In this document: positions 7,927 through 13,773 of the stretch, in pieces
Position numbering within the stretch: the first letter of the stretch is position 1
Layout: every line of letters begins with the position of its first letter
Assembly: GCA_048940445.1 (NCBI GenBank)
Contig: JBHLON010000061.1
Coordinates: 1-13,773, forward strand
Direction of reading: 5' to 3'
Origin: Promethearchaeota archaeon
GTDB taxonomy: Archaea; Asgardarchaeota; Lokiarchaeia; Sigyniarchaeales; SOKP01
DNA: 13,773 nt
Notes under the pieces: generated by a model
Told to the model about the DNA's origin: nothing
Databases searched by the model: none
The model's input: the letters and a program-made list of their open reading frames with translations, nothing else
Program-made: the position numbers and the translations under genes

Positions 7927-9630
7927 TTATTTCTCTTCTTCTCGTAATGCTCTTTTTAGAACTTTTCCTATCATTGTAGTAGGTAACTCTTCAGAAAATT
8001 CCCAAATTTTAGGAACTTCATATTTTGCTAAATTTTGTTTAGCATATTCCTGTATTGAAGCTTTAATCTCTTCAGTTGGATCAATTCCTTGCTTTAATTG
8101 AATGACAGCTTTAACTATTTCTGATCCCGGGCGTTCTGGATTAGGAACACCTATGATTGCACACATTTGGATCTCTGGGTGCTTTGTCAAGACATCCTCA
8201 ACATGAACGCTATATACTTTAAATCCACTCACGACAAGCATATCTTTTGTCCTATCTACAATAGTCAAATACCCTTCTTCATCAAAAACACCTACATCAC
8301 CTGTGTGTAACCACCCATCTATGTAAGTTTTTGCAGTAGCTTCAGGTTTGTTGTAATAGCGTTTTGTGATTTGAGGACCCTTCAATAATACTTCGCCTGG
8401 CTGACCTATAGGTACTTCTTCTCCTGTTTCTACATCTGCGAGTTTAACATCTGTATCCGGTAAAGGAAGACCAACAGAACCAATTTTTTTCTTTCCTAAG
8501 GCAGGGTTAACTGTTGCCAGAACAGCAGATTCTGTCATTCCATAGACCTCTACAAACTTATTCTGGGAGTAGAAATCTTTCTCAAAGTCTCTTACAGCTT
8601 CAGCCGGGAAAGGAGCTGCTCCACTAACCCATATACTTATATTTTGTAAGATTTCAGGAGGAATATTTTTCGATTTAGGATTTCTTTGAATCATTAGAAA
8701 CAAAGTTGGTACATTACCAAAACAAGTTGGCTTTCTTTCAACTATCTCTTTAATCATATGTTCAGTATCTCTCGGATTTGCTATAATGATATGAGAAGAA
8801 CCAATATAAGTTAGAAAAAGACCAATGAATAGACCAGCAATATGAAAATATGGAAAAGCACTCATAGTAATGTCAGTACCCTTTATTCGATTAAGCCATA
8901 CATCAAATTGATGCATATTTGCAGCTAAATTAAAGTGAGTAATTTCGGTACCTTTAGGTGTTCCAGTTGTCCCTCCAGTATACTGAATTAAGGCTAAATC
9001 ATTTTTTGAATCAATCGACACTTTTTTAAGGTCGATTGGAGTTTCCATTGCTTCTAAAAAGGGAATAACTTTCTTTCCAGGCCACGGGTTCATTTTCCCT
9101 TTTGGGATTTTTTTAATTAATTTTCCCATGAAAACCTTAAAACTGGAAAATCCCATATACTCTGACACATTAGTTGGAATAATTACCTCGAGATCTGGCA
9201 CTTTTTCTAGAAATTTTGGATATACTTTTTCGTAAACTATATCCATTGTGACTACAAATTTAGCCTTACAGTCATTTAGTTGGTAAGCCATTTCAACAGG
9301 ACTTAAAAGTGGAGATAAGCCAGTGGATACTCCCCCCGCCAAGAATGTCCCATATAATGCAAATAAATACTGGGGGGTATTTGGAATATTCATGGCAACC
9401 ACATCTCCTTTCTTTAAACCATTTTTCTGTAGAAACGTTGCAAACGCTTGAGCGCTTTTTAATACATCTTTAAATAGGATTTTATTATCCATAAAATAAA
9501 ATCCGACTCTATCTCCATACTTTTCCATTGCTTTTGCTAATAAAGTTCCCAAATCTTCTGTAGGATATTCTAGCGTTTTAGGAACATGAGTATCGTATGA
9601 CTTTGTCCAAAATCTTTCTTGACTCATCAT
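7927..9630 (-). CDS. Long-chain fatty acid--CoA ligase (FadD-like AMP-forming acyl-CoA synthetase)
   Basis: YTGGTTGTPKG P-loop, YGMTE, GEVLLKGPQ, WLHTGD, DRTKDML and terminal GKV lysine motifs in 567 aa. Confidence 0.95.
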   Translation of the reverse strand: MMSQERFWTKSYDTHVPKTLEYPTEDLGTLLAKAMEKYGDRVGFYFMDNKILFKDVLKSAQAFATFLQKNGLKKGDVVAMNIPNTPQYLFALYGTFLAGGVSTGLSPLLSPVEMAYQLNDCKAKFVVTMDIVYEKVYPKFLEKVPDLEVIIPTNVSEYMGFSSFKVFMGKLIKKIPKGKMNPWPGKKVIPFLEAMETPIDLKKVSIDSKNDLALIQYTGGTTGTPKGTEITHFNLAANMHQFDVWLNRIKGTDITMSAFPYFHIAGLFIGLFLTYIGSSHIIIANPRDTEHMIKEIVERKPTCFGNVPTLFLMIQRNPKSKNIPPEILQNISIWVSGAAPFPAEAVRDFEKDFYSQNKFVEVYGMTESAVLATVNPALGKKKIGSVGLPLPDTDVKLADVETGEEVPIGQPGEVLLKGPQITKRYYNKPEATAKTYIDGWLHTGDVGVFDEEGYLTIVDRTKDMLVVSGFKVYSVHVEDVLTKHPEIQMCAIIGVPNPERPGSEIVKAVIQLKQGIDPTEEIKASIQEYAKQNLAKYEVPKIWEFSEELPTTMIGKVLKRALREEEK

Positions 9631-9877
9631 TATTCACTTATTTATTAAAATTCAATTTTTTATTAATTATTTCGCTCTTTTTATTTTTAAAAGTTGATTC
9701 TTGATTGATTAAAGAAATTGACAATAAATATTTTTTTAATTTCTAAGATAAATTCTACAAAATAGTCTATTTGGCAACATTGGAAAAAAGCTTGGTGATT
9801 TACTAATTAAACTCATTAGAATAAAAAATCATACACTTGGGATCATTGAACGCTTATATAGATTGAAATAAAAATAA

Positions 9878-10249
9878 TTATTTGGTTTTTAAAACAATTG
9901 CTATTGCTCTTGTTAGACGAATCACATCCATTACCTTTCCTTTTTCAACAGTAATTTGTTCTCGGGAAATCGCATGAGTAAAATCTCCTTTACCCTCACA
10001 AATTCTCACTATTGCGGAAGGGTCTCCAGACATCAGCACCTTTGCATCAGGTTTAGTACCATTAAGTAATTCGATTTTTCGACTTTTAACTTCTAAATAG
10101 AAAGGAGTTTGATTATCAAGATTGAATTGAAATGTCATTTCCCAGTCTATATCTTTTCCTGCAATATTCGTTACAAAAACTTCTTGTGCTTTTGGGTTCG
10201 TATTTAATTTATTTATTATATTATTTAGGTAATCTTTAGCTAGTTCCAT
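9878..10249 (-). CDS. SCP2 sterol/lipid-binding domain protein (stand-alone)
   Basis: 123 aa with the 'TFQFNL...FYLEVK...PDAKVLMS...GKGDFTHAISREQITVEKG' SCP2 pattern. It starts 2 nt after the DUF35 stop. Confidence 0.82.
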   Translation of the reverse strand: MELAKDYLNNIINKLNTNPKAQEVFVTNIAGKDIDWEMTFQFNLDNQTPFYLEVKSRKIELLNGTKPDAKVLMSGDPSAIVRICEGKGDFTHAISREQITVEKGKVMDVIRLTRAIAIVLKTK

Positions 10250-10251
10250 AA

Positions 10252-10746
10252 TTAACTCCCTCCTTCATATTCTGGTTTTGAAATCCAATTTTCATATTCA
10301 TCCTCTGGTACAAAGAAAAAGTCAGTCATCTTTCCCTCCCTTTCCTTACTAAAAACCGCTCTGACTCTTTTTCCCTTCCTTATCTTTGATGGAACTAAAT
10401 TTTCAGAAAAAATTCCTTGAAGCAGAGCTGTTTCAGCACCATCAAGTTTTATAAAACCTATACCATAAGGAATCGCTTTAATAAATGCTGAAGTAGTATA
10501 CCAGACAATTGTACTCACCTCAATGGTTCCAGTTTGTTTTAACTCCACCCAATCTGCTGGAGCATAGCAATCAGAACAATTAATCCTTGGAGGCATCCAT
10601 GTTTTACCACACTTTTTACATTTTGTGCCTAAAAGCTTTTTATTATTCATTAATTCAATGAAAAATTTGGATTGTCCTCCCATTGTATATTTATAATCAA
10701 TTTTTATTTTGTCCCTTATTTGATGATCTTGAAATTCTTTGCTCAT
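10252..10746 (-). CDS. DUF35-family Zn-ribbon/OB-fold protein (thiolase/aldolase partner subunit)
   Basis: CKKC...PPRINCSDC zinc ribbon followed by an OB-fold (GTIEVSTIV...PYGIGFIKLDG...GKRVRAVF). It has an ATGA 4-nt overlap with the upstream thiolase-fold gene. Confidence 0.93.
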   Translation of the reverse strand: MSKEFQDHQIRDKIKIDYKYTMGGQSKFFIELMNNKKLLGTKCKKCGKTWMPPRINCSDCYAPADWVELKQTGTIEVSTIVWYTTSAFIKAIPYGIGFIKLDGAETALLQGIFSENLVPSKIRKGKRVRAVFSKEREGKMTDFFFVPEDEYENWISKPEYEGGS

Positions 10747-12014
10747 GATTTTTTCAACCCCTCCTCATTTGCCATTACAATAATCGCAGCATATGCCGCT
10801 CCTGGACCTCCTATTGAATGGGCTATAGATCTACCTTTATCAATTGTTACTTGGTGTTTACCAGCTTCTCCTCTTAACTGAAGTGCAGCTTCACCAGTAC
10901 TCATAATACCAGTGGCACCAACCGCATGTCCACATCCTATCAACCCTCCTGAAGGACAACATGGAAGTTCTCCTTCTAGCCAAGGACCTTCACCCGATTT
11001 TTCATAAGTTTTTTCAATCCAAGGACCACCCTCTCCAAATGGAACAAATCCAAGCTCTTCATATGAGATGACTTCTTGACCCGAAAATGCATCATGGAGT
11101 TCAGCACAATCTATTTGCATCTTTATTTTATTATATTCTAGACCTGCCATTTTATATGCTTCTTTCGCAGCAAAAATATTAGAATATAATCTACCCATAT
11201 CCTCTCGATTACCAATGAAACAATCTGTATTGGCTGCGCCTACTCCAGTAATCCAAATTGGTTTCTCAATTTTGAGTTCTTTTACTTTACTTTCATTTGC
11301 TAAAATTAATGCTGCTGAAGCCTCTGAATAAAGACAGCAATCCAACAATTTGAAGGGATAACAAATGATTCGTGAGTAAAGTACGTCTTCTACTGTAATT
11401 TCCATAGGAGATTGAGCCTTTGGGTTTAATAAAGCATTGCCATGATTCTTAACGCTGACGTATGCCATTTGTTTTTCTGAAGGATTCCCAAATTCTTCAT
11501 AATGTGCATTTACCATAGAGACATAGGAACTTGCTGCCATCATTCCCATCGGATACTCATACGTCATGTCAGCAGAATATGCAATCGCATTTAATACTTC
11601 AGGAGTCGTTGTACCCGTTTGTTCGTCATAACAATCGTTACACTTCTCAAGTCCTATACATAAACATAAATCACTCAATCCAGATGCTACTTCTGCAAAT
11701 GCCATTCGAACAGTATATCCTCCTGTGGCGCCACCCGTCGCTACTCTCGTACCAGGCTTATTATTCATTCCAAGATAGCTATTAGTAAAAATATCAGGCA
11801 TGAATTGACGCTCAAAGAGTTCATTGTAAATCCCATATACAGTAGACTGAAGATCTTTATGACTAATTTCGGCTCCATTCTGATTTGCGTCTTCCAGAGC
11901 TAGTTTTGTTGCATCATAAGCCAGTTCAAAATAAGTTTTATCTAAATATCTTGCTTTAAAAGGTGTAATTCCTATACCTATTATTGCTACTTTTTGCAAA
12001 ATTTTTTCACTCAA
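10743..12014 (-). CDS. SCP2/SCPx-type thiolase-fold protein lacking the nucleophilic cysteine (possible acyl-CoA aldolase)
   Basis: VAIIGIGITPF N-terminus, VKNHGNALLNPKAQ, AELHDAF, PSGGLIGCGHAVGATG and AHSIGG motifs. RVATGGATGG occupies the place of RVE..CASG. TTG start. Confidence 0.9.
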   Translation of the reverse strand: MSEKILQKVAIIGIGITPFKARYLDKTYFELAYDATKLALEDANQNGAEISHKDLQSTVYGIYNELFERQFMPDIFTNSYLGMNNKPGTRVATGGATGGYTVRMAFAEVASGLSDLCLCIGLEKCNDCYDEQTGTTTPEVLNAIAYSADMTYEYPMGMMAASSYVSMVNAHYEEFGNPSEKQMAYVSVKNHGNALLNPKAQSPMEITVEDVLYSRIICYPFKLLDCCLYSEASAALILANESKVKELKIEKPIWITGVGAANTDCFIGNREDMGRLYSNIFAAKEAYKMAGLEYNKIKMQIDCAELHDAFSGQEVISYEELGFVPFGEGGPWIEKTYEKSGEGPWLEGELPCCPSGGLIGCGHAVGATGIMSTGEAALQLRGEAGKHQVTIDKGRSIAHSIGGPGAAYAAIIVMANEEGLKKS

Positions 12015-12042
12015 TTATTTTTATGGAATAATTAGTGATTGG

Positions 12043-12050
12043 TTTTTATA
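12043..12050 (-). promoter_or_regulatory. Candidate TATA box (TATAAAAA) for the thiolase-DUF35-SCP2 operon
   Basis: TATAAAAA on the - strand lies 29-36 nt upstream of TTG 12014, within the divergent intergenic region. Confidence 0.35.
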
Positions 12051-12225
12051 GTATTTAATTATTAAAAGAAGGGCGACACGATTTTGAGTCTTTCTTCAAA
12101 ATTGTATTATTTATTTTTAATTGTTATAAAAAAAATAAAATAAATTTTTTTCCATGACCCTAATAAAATTTTTACAAAATAGCACAATTTAATTATAATA
12201 AAACGAATAATGTGAACTATAATCT

Positions 12226-13029
12226 ATGTCTCATCTTGATAATTGGGCGGGAAAATATTTTAGCACTCAAGGAAGTTATATTCGGTATTTTCGCACTAAT
12301 GGAGACAAACCTTCAATGATATTACTCCATGCGGCAATGGATAATGGTTTGTGCTGGAAAAGAGTTACAAAAGCATTAGAAAATGATTTTGACATTGTCA
12401 TGCCAGATGCACGGGGACATGGAAAATCTATTTCGTATCAAACAGAATTCCATTTATCGGATTTGGTTGATGACATAGTAGAATTAATTAAAGGTTTAAA
12501 ATTTACTTCTATAATTGTTATGGGACATTCTATGGGAGCGCAGGTGGCTACTGAGCTTGGTGCTCGATTCCCTAACTTTGTCAAAAAACTTGTTTTAGAA
12601 GATCCTGGCTATTATTTCAAAAATCCAACATTCTTAGATTTGTTATATTATAAACGGAGGATTCGAAGAATTAAAAAGAGTACAATTGCCCAAATTCGAA
12701 AAATGTGCGATCAAATTCACAATGGTTGGGATGAAGAAGATAAAAACTTATGGGTTAAGGCTCAAAAAGAATGGGCTGAAAATGAATCGAAATCAAAATC
12801 TTTGAATCCAAAAAGGAATTGGCATGTAATTTTTCCCAAAGTGAAAGCACCCACATTGCTTCTTATTTCTGAAAATGGTATAGTTAAAAGACGAGAAGTA
12901 GAACAATATATTACAGAATTTAGTAACGCTAAATATGAATTTATAGAAAATGCTGGACACCATATACATCGAGAAAATTTCGAAGCATTTATGAAAACTG
13001 TACAAGAATTTTTGAAACAAAATCAGTAA
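12226..13029 (+). CDS. Alpha/beta-fold hydrolase (esterase/lipase-like)
   Basis: GHSMG nucleophile elbow, PDARGHG, LVLEDP and C-terminal AGHHIH catalytic His. 267 aa, transcribed divergently from the lipid cluster. Confidence 0.93.
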   Translation: MSHLDNWAGKYFSTQGSYIRYFRTNGDKPSMILLHAAMDNGLCWKRVTKALENDFDIVMPDARGHGKSISYQTEFHLSDLVDDIVELIKGLKFTSIIVMGHSMGAQVATELGARFPNFVKKLVLEDPGYYFKNPTFLDLLYYKRRIRRIKKSTIAQIRKMCDQIHNGWDEEDKNLWVKAQKEWAENESKSKSLNPKRNWHVIFPKVKAPTLLLISENGIVKRREVEQYITEFSNAKYEFIENAGHHIHRENFEAFMKTVQEFLKQNQ

Positions 13030-13193
13030 GTTTTCATTAGAATTGAGTTGGAAAGATAAATTCAACATCTGATTTCTATGAAAATTTCTTTGAAAAAATT
13101 TGGTTAAAATGCTCTAATTCTTTTTATAAAAGTTAGAAAAAAAATATTTATTAGCTATTTATTATTCTCATTCTCAAGTTATTCTATCGTTGA

Positions 13194-13391
13194 TTAGGTT
13201 TTTCTATGATGGAAATCTATAACTTCCCCAGATCTTATATCTAATTCATTTAAAATTGCCATAATCTTGACTCTTATTTCATTCTTCAGATTTTCACTCA
13301 TTCTATTAAATTCACTTATCTCTTCTTTATCAATTTGGTCGATTAAATTGTTTAACTGGCTAATTAATTCCTTTGCTCTTTTTATATCCAT
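13194..13391 (-). CDS. Small hypothetical protein (65 aa, predicted helical hairpin)
   Basis: A perfect GGAGGTGA SD lies 4 nt before the ATG. The ORF has an amphipathic helical pattern and does not overlap other genes. Confidence 0.72.
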   Translation of the reverse strand: MDIKRAKELISQLNNLIDQIDKEEISEFNRMSENLKNEIRVKIMAILNELDIRSGEVIDFHHRKT

Positions 13392-13395
13392 TTTT

Positions 13396-13403
13396 TCACC
13401 TCC
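13396..13403 (-). promoter_or_regulatory. Shine-Dalgarno sequence GGAGGTGA
   Basis: The + strand tcacctcc reads GGAGGTGA on the - strand, directly upstream of ATG 13391. Confidence 0.75.
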
Positions 13404-13617
13404 ATTTAATTTTTTAATTCGATTTTAATTTTGAAAAAAATTGTTTTATCACCTTAACAAAGCTTCATATCCGTGTTATAAAGTAATTAGACAGCTAAAT
13501 TGGATTAACTATGAATTAGTATCATCCATAATGTGGAATTGATAGTTTAAATCCCATTCTAAAAGAGTTCTCTGCACGATATAAGTTAAGCAAATTAGAT
13601 ATAAAGCCTAAGTAATA

Positions 13618-13677
13618 GATGGATTATGAATTTAGGAGTAATACCTGATTCAATTGATATTGAATCATAATCCTATC
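13618..13677. repeat. Nested inverted repeats (potential RNA three-way junction or competing hairpins)
   Basis: ggattatga (13621-13629) and tcataatcc (13665-13673) form a perfect 9-bp IR. tgattcaat (13646-13654) and attgaatca (13659-13667) form a perfect 9-bp IR with a 4-nt loop. Confidence 0.55.
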
Positions 13678-13773
13678 AAATTTTGTTTATAACAAGGTGT
13701 TAGTTTTAATATATGTAAACGGAAATTTAAACATATTTGCATAATAAATTGGGGGATGTTTTGTTTCATAAAA

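Noticed and set aside
10252-12014. Mevalonate-pathway acetoacetyl-CoA thiolase/DUF35 module
   Set aside because: No HMG-CoA synthase is adjacent and the catalytic Cys is missing.
12068-12097. Weak hairpin gaagggcgac...gtctttcttc in the divergent intergenic region
   Set aside because: It needs several G-U pairs and a mismatch, which is too weak to support a call.
10672-13068. ORFs 10672-10881 (+), 11531-11785 (+) and 12793-13068 (-)
   Set aside because: Antisense overlaps with the DUF35/thiolase and hydrolase genes, with no independent support.
13618-13677. SECIS element, hammerhead, or fluoride/TPP riboswitch identity for the hairpin
   Set aside because: The AUGA is not matched by a correctly placed GA across a full helix II and no in-frame-TGA gene is nearby. 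The CUGAUGA/GAAA core and the riboswitch consensus order are absent.
1-13773. CRISPR arrays, tRNA/rRNA genes, transposases or terminal inverted repeats
   Set aside because: Manual reading found no regularly spaced repeats, GC-rich structural RNA signatures or transposase/integrase motifs.

Overview
AT-rich prokaryotic window that looks archaeal. It has GGAGGTGA/GAGGTG ribosome-binding sites and TATA-like boxes about 25-35 nt before starts, and the lipid-catabolic gene set and protein styles suggest Asgard Lokiarchaeia/Promethearchaeia (inference, not verified). From left to right: an M29 aminopeptidase running off the left edge (- strand, missed by the ORF track), an Fsr-like MFS transporter (+), then a 9.6-kb block of nine co-oriented - strand lipid-metabolism genes. 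In transcription order these are a thiolase-fold protein lacking the nucleophilic Cys, a DUF35 Zn-ribbon/OB-fold protein, SCP2, a long-chain acyl-CoA ligase, a crotonase-fold protein with an isomerase-type catalytic signature, a CrtI/RetSat-like FAD oxidoreductase coupled to an FAD/NAD/[2Fe-2S] reductase, a second SCP2 and an Fe-dependent alcohol dehydrogenase. A divergent alpha/beta hydrolase, a 65-aa orphan ORF and a non-coding tail with a potential three-way-junction RNA fold follow. The most notable point is that this is not a canonical beta-oxidation operon. The catalytic signatures point to an uncharacterised pathway (double-bond isomerisation/saturation plus possible retro-aldol cleavage) for a bulky unsaturated lipid. 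No mobile elements, CRISPR arrays, tRNA or rRNA genes were seen.
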